A stretch of 64,000 nucleotides of DNA from an uncultured Methylomirabilota bacterium (GCA_963845565.1 CAWJSJ010000001.1:992001-1056000); one strand, 5' to 3'. Numbered from the stretch's first letter, positions 30,617 through 41,345 are shown. Numbers and translations are program-made. Notes: generated by a model from the letters alone, not told the origin.

Positions 30617-31764
30617 CAGAACCGCGTCATCCCCGGCATGGATTTCGGGGGCTGCTCCTGCGGCGCGTTACCCTGCCAGTTCGAGTCCGCGGTGGACTCG
30701 ATGCCCCGCACGCGCAGGGCGAAGTCGTCCGGGTTGCTGCACCACCGGAGCGCCTCCTCGTAGGTGATCAACCCTCGCGTGTACAGCGTCATCAGCGACT
30801 GGTCGAAGGTCTGCATGCCGTACTGGCTGACACCCGCGGCGATGACGTCGGGCAGTTTCCGGGTCTTGTCCGGGTCCACGATCGACTCCCGCACCGTGGC
30901 GGTCGCGACGCAGACCTCGACGGCCGGCACGCGCCCCTTCCCGTCGGCGCGGGGAATCAACCGCTGCGACACGATGCCGCGCAGCACCGAGGCCAGCTGG
31001 AGGCGCACTTGCTTTTGCTGGTACGGCGGGAAGACCGAGATCACGCGGTTGACGGTCTCGGTGGTGTCCAGCGTGTGCAGCGTGCTCATCACCAGATGGC
31101 CGGTTTCCGCCGCCAGCAGCGCGGTGGAGATCGTCTCGAAGTCCCGCATCTCGCCCACCAGGATGGAGTCGGGATCCTGCCGCAGCGCGCTCCGCAGCGC
31201 CTCGCTGAAGCTGGGGGCGTCCACCCCGATCTCGCGCTGGTTGACCAGGCACTTCTTGTCCCGGTGCAGGAACTCGATCGGGTCCTCGATCGTCAGGATA
31301 TGGCCCGTCGTATTGGAGTTGATGTGGTCGATCATCGCCGCCAGCGTCGAGGATTTGCCCGACCCGGTCGTCCCCGTCACCAGGATCAGGCCGCGCGGCT
31401 CGAGGGACAGCGCCTCCAGGACCGGCGGCAGGTTCAGCTCGCGCACGGTTTGGATCTTCAAGGGGATGAGCCGGAGCACGATGCCCACCATTCCGCGCTG
31501 CTGGAACACGTTCACCCGGAACCGCCCCAGGCCGGGCACCCCGTAGGCCAGGTCCGCCTCGTTCCGCTCCTTGAACCGCTCCCGCTGCTTGGCGTTCATC
31601 ACGCCCGCAGCCATGGACACCACGGCGTCCTGGCCCAGCCGGGGCAACTCCATCAGGGGGACGAGCTTGTGGTCGATGCGGAGCACCGGGGGCATCCCCA
31701 CCTTGATGTGCAGGTCCGACGCCTTACGCTCCACCGCGATCTTCAGGAGTTCGACGAGTTCCAT
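30616..31764 (-). CDS. pilT: PilT/PilU family type IV pilus retraction ATPase
   Basis: ASDLH, RFRVNVF, GTTGSGKS, TIEDPIEF, ALRQDPD, GEMRD, AETGHLV.STLHT, GMQTFDQ. Confidence 0.9.
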   Translation of the reverse strand: MELVELLKIAVERKASDLHIKVGMPPVLRIDHKLVPLMELPRLGQDAVVSMAAGVMNAKQRERFKERNEADLAYGVPGLGRFRVNVFQQRGMVGIVLRLIPLKIQTVRELNLPPVLEALSLEPRGLILVTGTTGSGKSSTLAAMIDHINSNTTGHILTIEDPIEFLHRDKKCLVNQREIGVDAPSFSEALRSALRQDPDSILVGEMRDFETISTALLAAETGHLVMSTLHTLDTTETVNRVISVFPPYQQKQVRLQLASVLRGIVSQRLIPRADGKGRVPAVEVCVATATVRESIVDPDKTRKLPDVIAAGVSQYGMQTFDQSLMTLYTRGLITYEEALRWCSNPDDFALRVRGIESTADSNWQGNAPQEQPPKSMPGMTRF

Positions 31765-32817
31765 CTACGCCTCCGCCTCCGGCGAGGCCGCCAACCCCAG
31801 GGCCACCCGCAATTTGGTTTCGATCTCATCCGCCATGGCGGCGTTGTCCTGCAGGAATCGCTTGGCGTTGTCGCGCCCCTGCCCGATCCGCTCGGTCCCG
31901 TACGCGTACCACGACCCGCTCTTCTCGACCACCTTGTGCGCGACGCCCAGGTCGACGAGGCTCCCCAGCCGGGAGATCCCTTCGCCGTACACGATGTCGA
32001 ATTCGGCTTCGCGGAAGGGGGGCGCCACCTTGTTCTTCACCACCTTGACCTTGACCCGGCTGCCGACGACTTCCTCGCCATCCTTGATGGCCGAGATCCG
32101 CCGGATATCCAGGCGAACCGAGGCGTAGAACTTCAGGGCCCGGCCGCCCGTCGTGGTTTCCGGGTTCCCGAACATGATGCCGATCTTCTCCCGCAACTGG
32201 TTGATGAACACCACCGAGGTCCGCGACTTGCTGATCGCGGCGGTCAGCTTCCGCAACGCCTGCGACATCAGACGCGCCTGCAGCCCCGGCAGCGAGTCAC
32301 CCATCTCGCCGTCGATCTCGGCCCGGGGGACCAGCGCCGCCACCGAGTCGATGACCACCACGTCCACCGCGCCGCTTCGCACGAGGACTTCCGTGATCTC
32401 CAATGCCTGCTCGCCCGTGTCGGGCTGGGAGATCAGCAGATCGTCGATGTTCACGCCCAGCGTCTTGGCGTAATTGGCATCCAGGGCATGCTCGGCGTCC
32501 ACGAAGGCGGCCGCACCCTCCCGCTTCTGCGCCTCGGCGATGATGTGCAGTGCCAGGGTCGTCTTGCCGCTGGATTCCGGCCCGAAGATCTCGACGACGC
32601 GGCCCCGCGGGATGCCGCCCACGCCCAGCGCGAAGTCCAGCTCCAGTGAGCCGGTGGGGATCGTGGCGATCGGCAAGAGGGCCCCCGAGAGCCCCATCCG
32701 CATGATGGCACCCTTGCCGTACTGCTTCTCGATCTGCGAGAGGGCCGACTCCAGCGCCTTATCCCGCTCTTTCCGTTCTTCCTTGACCGGTGTTTTCCGG
32801 TTCGGTGTCTCCACCAT
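31765..32817 (-). CDS. recA: Recombinase A
   Basis: [44 protein letters not shown]. Confidence 0.98.
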   Translation of the reverse strand: MVETPNRKTPVKEERKERDKALESALSQIEKQYGKGAIMRMGLSGALLPIATIPTGSLELDFALGVGGIPRGRVVEIFGPESSGKTTLALHIIAEAQKREGAAAFVDAEHALDANYAKTLGVNIDDLLISQPDTGEQALEITEVLVRSGAVDVVVIDSVAALVPRAEIDGEMGDSLPGLQARLMSQALRKLTAAISKSRTSVVFINQLREKIGIMFGNPETTTGGRALKFYASVRLDIRRISAIKDGEEVVGSRVKVKVVKNKVAPPFREAEFDIVYGEGISRLGSLVDLGVAHKVVEKSGSWYAYGTERIGQGRDNAKRFLQDNAAMADEIETKLRVALGLAASPEAEA

Positions 32818-32874
32818 GATGAGTCCCCCGGCCCTTTGGGCGTGTGGAGTTAGAGGCGATGACATAGATGGGTC

Positions 32875-32903
32875 AGCCTACGTGATTTTTCCGGTGAAGT
32901 CAA
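32875..32903 (-). promoter_or_regulatory. sigma70-type promoter of recA
   Basis: Minus strand TTGACT-17 bp-TAGGCT. Confidence 0.55.
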
Positions 32904-33066
32904 CAACTTCGCCAGCCCGGCGGCCGGGGTCCGCGCACACCGCCATGGCCGGACGCACCGCCGAACGCTCCGGTCTGACCGCCCCGTCCGAACGCGCAGT
33001 TCTGGCCTTGACAAGTCCCTCGGCGTTTGGGTTACAATCCCGCCAACGTCATCTCCAATATCCATC

Positions 33067-33171
33067 CGCTCGGCCCTCTGGGAGTGGCACGATGCCCCGG
33101 TATCGAATCCCACGAGCGAGCCTTCGCGCCCTGGTTGGTCCTTCGGACCGACGAGGGCGTTTGTGTTTGTG
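33067..33171 (+). promoter_or_regulatory. Candidate structured leader RNA with a terminator-like hairpin
   Basis: cgctcg/cgagcg closing stem with inner hairpins, then cgccct-g-gttggtcc-ttc-ggaccgac-g-agggcg followed by tttgtgtttgtg; TTGACA-19-TACAAT at 33008-33038. Confidence 0.45.
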
Positions 33172-33234
33172 CGGTTCCGCTCTGCGATAGCGCTCCACAC
33201 CTTTCGACGGGTTTCCGGAAAGGAGGGACGTGCC

Positions 33235-33702
33235 ATGCCGGTACGGGTGACGTGCGCTCTGGGAATCGGCGGCCGCCTGGCGGGTCCGCCCGACGAGAAC
33301 GATGCGATCCTCGCACAGATTCAGGTTCTCCTGCCGAAAGAGGCACCCGCCGGCGTGAGTGGGGGGTGGCCCGGCGGCCTCGCCACCCACGGCTGGCGGA
33401 TCGCCTCCTGGAGCTCCGCCGCGGAGGTCGGCGGCGAAAGCGATCGGGAGACGCGGCTCACCTTCCGCTGTGAACTCAACACACTCCTGGACGGCACCAT
33501 CTATGACTGTCGGGACGAGCTGACCTACACCCTCTTCCACGGCTTCGCGCATTATCGCGACGCCGTGTGGCACAAGGACCTCAAGGTTCGATTGGAGGAG
33601 CTGAATCATGAGATCGCCCAAAGGTATGGGGCCGAGAAGCTCATCGAAAAGATCTGGTTCAGGCACTGGGAGTTCTCGTGCGGCAACGGGGGCGACCATT
33701 AG
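33235..33702 (+). CDS. Hypothetical protein (155 aa), first gene of the SBP/two-component locus
   Basis: Strong RBS AAAGGAGGG, protein-like composition, stop overlaps the next gene. Confidence 0.75.
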   Translation: MPVRVTCALGIGGRLAGPPDENDAILAQIQVLLPKEAPAGVSGGWPGGLATHGWRIASWSSAAEVGGESDRETRLTFRCELNTLLDGTIYDCRDELTYTLFHGFAHYRDAVWHKDLKVRLEELNHEIAQRYGAEKLIEKIWFRHWEFSCGNGGDH

Positions 33703-35254
33703 ACGCGTAGGGTGGCGTCCCCTCTGGCGGGTAATCCTCGTCGCCATCGCGCTGGTCATCGTCGTGCCTGTCGCCGTTGCCGGGGGCGGCGAGAAGATCC
33801 TCGTCCACCACCTCGAGGCGCAGCCGGAGTCCCTGGACACGGCCAAGTCCGGCTCGGAGCGGGCCAACCGGGTTCTCTGGCTGCTCGGGGACGCCCTGCT
33901 GAACGTCTCCAGGGACGGGAAGAGCCTGGAACCCGGCCTTGCTCGGTCTTGGAAGCTGTCCGAGAATGGCCTCCAGGTGGTCTTCAGCCTCCGCTCCGGC
34001 GTCCGGTTTCACGATGGAACGCCCCTCACCGCCTTCGCAGTGAAAGAGAATTTCGAGCGGCAGTTCCGCCCGGGTCATCCCCTGTACTCGACGGATCCAA
34101 AGAACAGCAAGGAGCAGCTCCTGAGCCAGCTTATCGAAGGCATCGAGGTCCACGACGACTTGACGATCACGTTCAAGTTGAAATATCCCAGTTTGCACTA
34201 CCTGGGCCAGGTCGAGATCGCCAGCCCGACCGCCCTGGCCAAGCTGGGCAAGGAGTTCGCCCGAACGCCCACCTACACCGGGCCGTTCCGGTTCGACCGG
34301 TGGGAGAAGGACCGGTTGATTCTGGTGGCCAATGATCGGTACTGGGCCGGGCGGCCAAAACTGGACCAGGTCGTCTTCCAGTTCATTCCCGGCGGCGAGG
34401 CTCTCGTCGCGGCCATGGTGAACGGCAGTGTGGACTTCGCCCCCGTCCTTCCCGAACCCACGCTCTTCGAACGCCTGCGAGACGAGTCCCGGATCACGTT
34501 GGCGCAGGTCCCAGCCCTGAACGTGTTCTACCTGGGCTTCTATACTGAACGCGCGCCGCTCAACAATCCGCACCTGCGGCGAGCGGTGGCGCACGCCGTG
34601 AACGTGGAACGGGCCGCCCAGGCCCTGGGTCGCGGCGTTGCCCTCCCGGCGAAAGGACCGCTCTCCCCCGCCATCCTGGGTTACGACCCTTCGGTGACCC
34701 AGGCCCCATTCGACCTTCGATTGGCGAGAGAATCGGCCGCACGCGCCGGGGGGAACCCGAACCTGACGCTCCGACTGGTGCACAACAACACCACGCCCTT
34801 CGACGTCGACCTGGCGTCGTCCATCCGGGTGGACCTCAGGCAGATCGGGATCGCCGTTCAACTACTCGGCAAGCCGGGATTCGCGGAGATGGTCAAGGCC
34901 GTGCAGAGCCGCGAGGGGGACATGTTCATGTATAGCTGGCATATCCGCTCGCCCCATCCGGAGCGCCTGCTCCACCCACTCTTCCACTCCAAGTCTTCCG
35001 GCACGTCGAACTTGACCCGGTACACCAACGCGAAGCTGGATCGGCTCCTGGACGACGCCATCATGGCGCCGCAGGGACCGGCGCAGGACAAGCTGTATTC
35101 GCAGATCCAGAAGACGATCGTGGACGACGCGCCGATGGTGTTCCTCTATCACTCGACGCGGATGGCGGCCTATGCCGATCGGGTCAAGGGCCTCGAGTTG
35201 AATCTCGGCGCCCTGCCCCACGACAAGCTGGTCACGGTGGATCTCGCACCCTGA
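33608..35254 (+). CDS. Family 5 (OppA/DppA/NikA-type) solute-binding protein 1, with signal peptide
   Basis: RRVGWRPLWRVILVAIALVIVVPVAVA signal; [35 protein letters not shown]. True start may be nearer 33698. Confidence 0.9.
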   Translation: MRSPKGMGPRSSSKRSGSGTGSSRAATGATIRRVGWRPLWRVILVAIALVIVVPVAVAGGGEKILVHHLEAQPESLDTAKSGSERANRVLWLLGDALLNVSRDGKSLEPGLARSWKLSENGLQVVFSLRSGVRFHDGTPLTAFAVKENFERQFRPGHPLYSTDPKNSKEQLLSQLIEGIEVHDDLTITFKLKYPSLHYLGQVEIASPTALAKLGKEFARTPTYTGPFRFDRWEKDRLILVANDRYWAGRPKLDQVVFQFIPGGEALVAAMVNGSVDFAPVLPEPTLFERLRDESRITLAQVPALNVFYLGFYTERAPLNNPHLRRAVAHAVNVERAAQALGRGVALPAKGPLSPAILGYDPSVTQAPFDLRLARESAARAGGNPNLTLRLVHNNTTPFDVDLASSIRVDLRQIGIAVQLLGKPGFAEMVKAVQSREGDMFMYSWHIRSPHPERLLHPLFHSKSSGTSNLTRYTNAKLDRLLDDAIMAPQGPAQDKLYSQIQKTIVDDAPMVFLYHSTRMAAYADRVKGLELNLGALPHDKLVTVDLAP

Positions 35255-35325
35255 CATCGCCGATGAACGAGATTCAATTCCGCCACGAGCACCGTCAACG
35301 GGGCGTAACGCTGGAGGGCGCGGCC

Positions 35326-36360
35326 ATGACGAAGGTTTTCATCCAGGCCCTGGAGGGTCCGCCGGATGATCTCATCGCCTTCACCGGAAAGAGCGAGCGG
35401 GACATCCGGGTGAGATGGCTAGTTGCCAATGAGACGAGTCATGGTGAAAAGGGCCACAGCATGGATGGCCCCTGGGCCAAGAACACGGACAAGGATGACC
35501 ACAACGGCGTGTTTTTGAAGCGATCGCAGAATTGGCCATCCGGTGCCATTGGGAATATCGACGAAGTCCACCTGATCTACATTTCCGACGGGACGCAGTT
35601 CCCCAACGAATTTGCCACCGGAAAACTCCACTTCGCCCCATCTCTGACCGACCGAGTGACATTCGACACACTCTCGAACGACCCCAGTATCGCGGTGCGG
35701 TCGTCGGGTAACATCAGCATCTTCTTTCTGGCATTCAGGCTGGAGAAGATCGGCCGAGCGCTCCGCCGGCAGATCGCCAGCGCCATTGACGTTAACGCAC
35801 TCGCAGATCTCTGGAGCCAGGCGGCGACTGCGGCTTCCGCCATAATTCCACGGGGAATGCACGGGCACGATTGGGGCAAGCATGAGAAAGTCCAGGTGAA
35901 CCCCAGCGTCCCGCCTTTGACGCTTCTCTGCCCGCCTCAAAATACCTTCGCCCATGACCTTGCGACCAATATCCAGCGGCAATGTGTCCACGCCAAGATC
36001 ACTGTGGCATTAACCGGGACGTACCGGAATTGGAGAGAGATGACCGAGGCCTGGAAGCAGGGTCAAGGCGATATGGTCATTGCCTCGTGGCACCACCGCA
36101 CTTCCCAACCGGACGATCCGGACCGGTACCTGAATGCGCTGTTTCACTCAAGCGGCGGAGCAAACTGGGGCAAGTACGGGGCAGTCGATTCGATCCTCAA
36201 GAACAAGGAGCACGAGAAGGCGGTCAAGCAGATCAAGTGGGATGTCCCAATCGCCCCCCTCGTATACTGGAATCGGTTCTCGGCATATCGGACCGGGCTC
36301 GGCCTGGAGTTGGAGGCGGGAGCGTTACCCAAGGACAGGCTCGTGAACGTCAAGATCTAG
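35326..36360 (+). CDS. Family 5 solute-binding protein 2, no signal peptide, internal deletion of about 115 aa
   Basis: ATG after GGAGGG; IDEVHLIYISDG, LRRQIASAID, NALFHS, LELEAGALPKDRLVNV align with the neighbouring paralogues. Confidence 0.75.
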   Translation: MTKVFIQALEGPPDDLIAFTGKSERDIRVRWLVANETSHGEKGHSMDGPWAKNTDKDDHNGVFLKRSQNWPSGAIGNIDEVHLIYISDGTQFPNEFATGKLHFAPSLTDRVTFDTLSNDPSIAVRSSGNISIFFLAFRLEKIGRALRRQIASAIDVNALADLWSQAATAASAIIPRGMHGHDWGKHEKVQVNPSVPPLTLLCPPQNTFAHDLATNIQRQCVHAKITVALTGTYRNWREMTEAWKQGQGDMVIASWHHRTSQPDDPDRYLNALFHSSGGANWGKYGAVDSILKNKEHEKAVKQIKWDVPIAPLVYWNRFSAYRTGLGLELEAGALPKDRLVNVKI

Positions 36361-36379
36361 CAGGCGGAATCGTGACGCG

Positions 36380-37819
36380 ATGGACCACACGCGGATATTC
36401 GTGTACGCCCTGGAGGGCGAACCGGAGAGCCTGGACCCTGCGGCCAAGCGGTACTCCGAGCGGGCGATCCGGGTCAAGTGGCTCCTCTTCGACTCGCTCC
36501 TGAATATCGGGAACGACGGCCGCCGCCCGGAGCCGGGAATCGCCGAGGCGTGGATCGCGTCGGACGGCGGCCGATGCGTGGACATGACGATCCGGCACGG
36601 CGTTCGCTTCCACGACGGGACCTCGCTCGACGCCGAGGCGGTCCGCCTCTGCTTCGAGCGGCAGTTCGCCACCGATCTCCACGACCCGAAGAAGCAGGTG
36701 CTCTCCGCCCTGGTGGATGACGTCCAGGTGCGGGATCCGCGGACGGTCGTCCTCCGGTTGAAGTCCGACGTCTTCGGCTACCTGGCTCGGCGGTATCTCT
36801 ACAAACTCGGTGTCGTCAGCCCGGATGCCCTGGACAGGCTGGGCGGCGACTTCGCGCGCCACCCGATCGGCACCGGCCCGTTCATGAACCCGCAATGGCT
36901 GACGGATCGCATCGTCCTGTCCAAGAACCCTGACTACTGGGCCGGAACGCCGGCGATCGACGAGGTCCACTTCCGCTATATTCCCGACGGAAAAGAGGCC
37001 CTGGAGCGACTCCTCGCGGGCGAGGTCCACTTCGTCCCGAGCCTGTCGGATCCCGAGGCGATCCAGCGCGCGCTGGCCGACCCTCGCCTCACGGTCATGG
37101 TGGTCCCCGGATTCAACGTGTTCTATCTCGGCCTCCAATGCCGGAAGGCCCCGTTCGACCAGCCGCTCATGCGCCAGGCCGTCGCCCGGGGAATCGATGT
37201 CCACCGGGCGGCGCTCGCCGGCAAAGGGGCCGCCGTGCCGGCCTGCGGCCCGCTCCCGCCGCACATGGAGGGTTTCGATCCACTCATCCGCCAGGCACCC
37301 CCTGACCCGCGTGCCGCCGCGGCCCTCCTGGCGCAGGCGGGGTACGACGGTCGGCCGATCAGCTTGATCCACTATGGACCACCCTCCTTCGTCCGGGACC
37401 TTGCGCTGGCGGTGGAGCGGGATCTCCGCGGGATCGGCCTCAACCTCACCCGCCGGGAGATGCCGACCTGGACCGACCTGGTCAAGGCCGCGGCGGAGGG
37501 AGAAGGCCATCTCTTCCTGTATAGCTGGCACATGCGGACGGACGACGCCCAGGGCTTCTTGCGGGCCCTGTTCCACTCCAGCAACATCGGCGTCTCGAAC
37601 CTCACCGGCTACGCGAATCCGGAGGTCGACCGTCTCCTCGACCTCACCCCACCAGGGGAGTTCTCGGCCGTCCAGGCGACGATTCTCGCCGAGGCGCCGA
37701 TGGTCTTCCTCGCGCACTGGACACGAGTCGCGGCTCACGGGGTCCGGGTGAGGAATCTCCGGCTGAACCTCGGCGTCTTGCCCGAGGACAAGCTGGTCGG
37801 CGTGGACCTCGCCCGCTGA
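36380..37819 (+). CDS. Family 5 solute-binding protein 3, no signal peptide
   Basis: Begins [55 protein letters not shown]. Confidence 0.88.
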   Translation: MDHTRIFVYALEGEPESLDPAAKRYSERAIRVKWLLFDSLLNIGNDGRRPEPGIAEAWIASDGGRCVDMTIRHGVRFHDGTSLDAEAVRLCFERQFATDLHDPKKQVLSALVDDVQVRDPRTVVLRLKSDVFGYLARRYLYKLGVVSPDALDRLGGDFARHPIGTGPFMNPQWLTDRIVLSKNPDYWAGTPAIDEVHFRYIPDGKEALERLLAGEVHFVPSLSDPEAIQRALADPRLTVMVVPGFNVFYLGLQCRKAPFDQPLMRQAVARGIDVHRAALAGKGAAVPACGPLPPHMEGFDPLIRQAPPDPRAAAALLAQAGYDGRPISLIHYGPPSFVRDLALAVERDLRGIGLNLTRREMPTWTDLVKAAAEGEGHLFLYSWHMRTDDAQGFLRALFHSSNIGVSNLTGYANPEVDRLLDLTPPGEFSAVQATILAEAPMVFLAHWTRVAAHGVRVRNLRLNLGVLPEDKLVGVDLAR

Positions 37820-37830
37820 CCCGCGCACGG

Positions 37831-39978
37831 GTGGATACGGTGACCCGGACTCTGGCCGCGCAACGCATCATTCGTCGCTACCGGGACTTGAGCCTCCGAG
37901 CCAAGTTCGCCATCTACATCGCGCTCTCCATCGGACTCCTCTTCGCGGTCCTCCTGCCGAGCGTGCTCCACCTCGAGCGGCGCGCCGTGCTGGCCGAGGC
38001 GGAGGAGCGAGGACTGCAACTCACCAAGATCTTCGCCCACGCCAGCGTCCAGGCCCTGATCACCGACGACTTCCTCCTCATGCGGCCTCTGGTCCACAGT
38101 GTCGCCAGTGAGCGCGCCGTTATCGTTGTCATGATCCTCGACCGCACCGGCAGGGTCGTCACCCACAGCGATATCAGGGAGGTCGAGCAGATCTACACCG
38201 ACGCCGTGACCACCCGCGCCCTTCGCGCCACGCGGCCCCTCGTCCAGGAGATCATCCACAACGGAATTCCGGCCTACGACGTGGCTGTCCCGATCTTCGT
38301 CCTCAACGACCGCCGCGCGGTGGCCCGCGTGGGAATCTCCCTGGCGCGGGAATTGGCCGCCATCCGGCAGACGCGCAATCTCATCCTCGGCGTGGGCATG
38401 ATCGCCCTGACCGTCGGTTTGCTGTCGGCCATGTGGTTGGCCCGCGGCATCACCGAGCCGATCCGCCGCCTCGTGCAAGGGTCCCGGGCCATCGCCGCGG
38501 GCCGCTTGGAGTACCGCATGTCGGCGACCTCCGGGGGCGAGATCGGCCACCTCGCGGACGCGTTCAACGGGATGGCCGAATCCCTCCAGGTCCGGTTCCA
38601 GCTCGACCGGGAGCTGTCCTCGACGCTGAACCTCCAGACGGTCCTCGACACCCTGGTGTATCATGCCCGGCGGCTCGTCCGCGGCGATCTTGCCTTTCTG
38701 GCCTGCTGCTACGAGCGCGACAAGCCTGGCGCTGTCGTCGCGCTCGTGGGTGTCTCGGGAGACGCCATCCGGACCTGGGCGATCCAGCCGGGCAGCGGAT
38801 GGACCGGGACGGTTCTCGCGGAGAGCCGCCCGGCGATCCTGTGTCCGGCCACGCCCAAGGATGACCCGATCGAAGCCCGGGTCGTCTCCGAGGAGCGCAT
38901 CCAGGCCCTGGTCCTGATCCCGGTTCGCGTCCGAGGCCGCTGCCTGGGCGTCCTGGCGGTGGGCCGATGGCACCGTAATCCGTTCTCCCCGGAAACGCAG
39001 GAGGTCCTGGAGCGGCTGGCCGACGAGGCCGCCGTGGCCCTGGCCAACGCCCTGGCCTACCGGGAGATCGAGGCGCTCACCCAGAGTCTGGAGGTCAAGG
39101 TCATTCAACGGACCCTGCAGCTCTCCGACGCCAATACCGCGCTGGAGACCGCCAACGCCAAGCTCCAGGAGCTGGATCGCTTGAAGTCGGAGTTCGTGTC
39201 GAACGTCTCTCACGAGCTTCGCACCCCCCTCACCGCCATCCGGATGTCGGTGGACAACCTCATGGACGGCGTCGCCGGGGAGATCGGCGAGTTCCTCCGC
39301 AATTATCTGGAGCGCATCCGCGCCAACACCGAGCGACTCGCGCGCCTCATCGCCGATCTCCTGGATCTGTCCCGGATCGAAGCCGGCCGGATCGAATTCC
39401 GACCCGAGGCGGTGCGCGTGGCGGACCTCGTCCGAGACGTCCTCGACGGTCTGCAACCGGTCGCCGCGGGGAAGCGACTCGAACTCGCGGCGGCGACCCC
39501 GGATCGCTCCCTGCACGTCCTCGCCGATCGCGACCGGACCCACCAGATCCTGACGAACCTGGTGGGAAACGCCCTGAAGTTCACCCCAGCGGGCGGCTCC
39601 GTGCGCGTCGCCGCCCGCCGCGTCGAACAGTCAACTGGTCAAGATGTCGATCCGTCTGAACCAATCGACCGATTAACGAGTGGACAAGTTGACCCGCCCA
39701 CAGGGTGGGCCGAGATCGTCGTCGAGGATACCGGCGAGGGAATTCCTTCCGACCAGCTTCGGGCCGTCTTCGAGAAATTCCATCAGGTTCGACGGGGCGG
39801 AACGAGCAAGGCGCCTGGCACCGGACTCGGCCTCGCCATCGCCAAGAGTCTCGTGGAGCTTCAGGGGGGGCGTATCCGGGTGGAGAGCGAGGTCGGCCGG
39901 GGAAGCCGGTTCGCGTTCACGCTCCCCGCCGCGGACGTGTCGGTTCCTGCGGCAACCCGTGCCGCCCAGGGGTACTGA
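37831..39978 (+). CDS. Membrane sensor histidine kinase (2 TM, extracytoplasmic domain, HAMP, GAF, HisKA, HATPase)
   Basis: [46 protein letters not shown]. Confidence 0.93.
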   Translation: MDTVTRTLAAQRIIRRYRDLSLRAKFAIYIALSIGLLFAVLLPSVLHLERRAVLAEAEERGLQLTKIFAHASVQALITDDFLLMRPLVHSVASERAVIVVMILDRTGRVVTHSDIREVEQIYTDAVTTRALRATRPLVQEIIHNGIPAYDVAVPIFVLNDRRAVARVGISLARELAAIRQTRNLILGVGMIALTVGLLSAMWLARGITEPIRRLVQGSRAIAAGRLEYRMSATSGGEIGHLADAFNGMAESLQVRFQLDRELSSTLNLQTVLDTLVYHARRLVRGDLAFLACCYERDKPGAVVALVGVSGDAIRTWAIQPGSGWTGTVLAESRPAILCPATPKDDPIEARVVSEERIQALVLIPVRVRGRCLGVLAVGRWHRNPFSPETQEVLERLADEAAVALANALAYREIEALTQSLEVKVIQRTLQLSDANTALETANAKLQELDRLKSEFVSNVSHELRTPLTAIRMSVDNLMDGVAGEIGEFLRNYLERIRANTERLARLIADLLDLSRIEAGRIEFRPEAVRVADLVRDVLDGLQPVAAGKRLELAAATPDRSLHVLADRDRTHQILTNLVGNALKFTPAGGSVRVAARRVEQSTGQDVDPSEPIDRLTSGQVDPPTGWAEIVVEDTGEGIPSDQLRAVFEKFHQVRRGGTSKAPGTGLGLAIAKSLVELQGGRIRVESEVGRGSRFAFTLPAADVSVPAATRAAQGY
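39622..39696. repeat. Degenerate 8-bp repeat array in two inverted arms, inside the kinase ATPase domain
   Basis: gtcgaaca gtcaactg gtcaagat gtcgatcc ... tgaaccaa tcgaccga ttaacgag tggacaag ttgacccg. Confidence 0.55.
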
Positions 39979-39980
39979 CC

Positions 39981-41345
39981 ATGTCCAACCTTCGACAGCA
40001 CCGCGTCCTGGTGGTGGACGACGATCCCGATCTCCTGGATCTGCTTGCGGACCGCCTCCGTCTCATGCGGTTCGAGGTGGAGTGCGCCGACGACGGCGAG
40101 AAAGCCCTCCGGATCCTTCGCCAGGAACCGGCGCCCATCACGCTGCTCGACCTCCAGTTGCCGGGCATGAGTGGCCTGGAAGTCCTGGAGCGTATCCGGC
40201 GCGAAGGGATCGACACCACGGTGATCGTCATCACCGCCTGGGGAACCGCCCAGCGTGCCGTCGACGCCATGCGGGCGGGAGCCTACGACTTCATCCCCAA
40301 ACCGCTGGATCCCGCGCATCTCGAGGTGGTGATCAACAAGGCGCTGGAGCGCCACACCCTCCGCGCGGAGAACACGCGCCTCCAGACGGAGTTGAGCAGC
40401 CTGGAGCGGCCCCTCATCGGCCAGAGCCCCGCCATTCTGGAGGTCATCCGGATCGCCCAGCAGGCCGCGGCCAGCAACGCCACCATCCTGATCCGCGGGG
40501 AGAGCGGCACCGGCAAGGAGATACTCGCGCGGGCCATTCACCGGTGGAGCGAGCGGCGCCTTCGCCCCTTGGTGACTGTCAATTGCGTGGCGTTGTCCGA
40601 AGAACTCCTGGAAAGCGAGCTGTTCGGCCACGAGAAGGGGGCCTTCACGGGCGCCCACCAGCTCAAGCGGGGCAAGGTGGAGGTGGCGGAGGGCGGCACG
40701 CTCTTTCTCGACGAGATCGGGGACATCCGCCCTGCCCTCCAGGCCAAGCTGCTTCGACTCCTGCAGGAACAGGAGTTCGAACGCGTGGGCGGGATCCGGC
40801 CCATACGGGTGGATGTTCGCTTCATCGCGGCGACCAACACCGACCTGGAAGGCCTCCTGAGGCGGGGGGCGTTCCGGCAGGACCTGTACTACCGCCTCAA
40901 AGTCGTCACGGTCATCCTCCCGCCGCTCCGCGCCCGGAAGGACGACCTGGCGTTTCTCACCCGCCATTTCATCGAGAAATACAGCGCCGAGCTGAAGCGC
41001 CCGCCGAAACCGGTGTCGCCCGAGGCGGCGGCGCTCCTCGCCCACTACGACTGGCCGGGCAACGTCCGCGAGCTGGAGAACGCCATCGAGCGCGCGGTCA
41101 CGCTGTCCACCGATTCCGAGATCGGACCGCACGACCTCCCCATCCTCGAGCCCACGGAGGATCGTGCCGCGGATCGCGCCGGCGGCGGGACGTACCACGA
41201 CGCCGTATTGCAGTTCAAGCGGCAACTCCTCCAGGACACCCTGACCAGGGCCAATGGGAATCAGACGCGCGCTGCCGAGGCGCTCGGCCTCCAGCGCACC
41301 TACCTGGCGCGACTGTTCAAGGAATACGGCATCAACACCCAGTGA
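39981..41345 (+). CDS. Sigma54-dependent response regulator (REC-AAA+-Fis HTH)
   Basis: VLVVDDD, LLDLQLPG, GESGTGKE, ESELFGHEKGAFTGA, FLDEIG, WPGNVRELEN, NQTRAAEALG. Confidence 0.96.
   Translation: MSNLRQHRVLVVDDDPDLLDLLADRLRLMRFEVECADDGEKALRILRQEPAPITLLDLQLPGMSGLEVLERIRREGIDTTVIVITAWGTAQRAVDAMRAGAYDFIPKPLDPAHLEVVINKALERHTLRAENTRLQTELSSLERPLIGQSPAILEVIRIAQQAAASNATILIRGESGTGKEILARAIHRWSERRLRPLVTVNCVALSEELLESELFGHEKGAFTGAHQLKRGKVEVAEGGTLFLDEIGDIRPALQAKLLRLLQEQEFERVGGIRPIRVDVRFIAATNTDLEGLLRRGAFRQDLYYRLKVVTVILPPLRARKDDLAFLTRHFIEKYSAELKRPPKPVSPEAAALLAHYDWPGNVRELENAIERAVTLSTDSEIGPHDLPILEPTEDRAADRAGGGTYHDAVLQFKRQLLQDTLTRANGNQTRAAEALGLQRTYLARLFKEYGINTQ

Noticed and set aside
27281..30763. Very long antisense ORFs (1160 aa here; also 19299-22004, 23144-25603, 7310-9442 and others)
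   Set aside because: Shadow frames opposite real genes, expected in high-GC DNA; no recognisable motifs.
30083..32817. pilT between recA and recX as a novel arrangement
   Set aside because: As I recall, the recA-pilT-recX-alaS order is already known from Geobacter-like Deltaproteobacteria.
33085..33100. TGGCACG as a sigma54 promoter for the SBP locus
   Set aside because: No GC at the -12 position with the required spacing.
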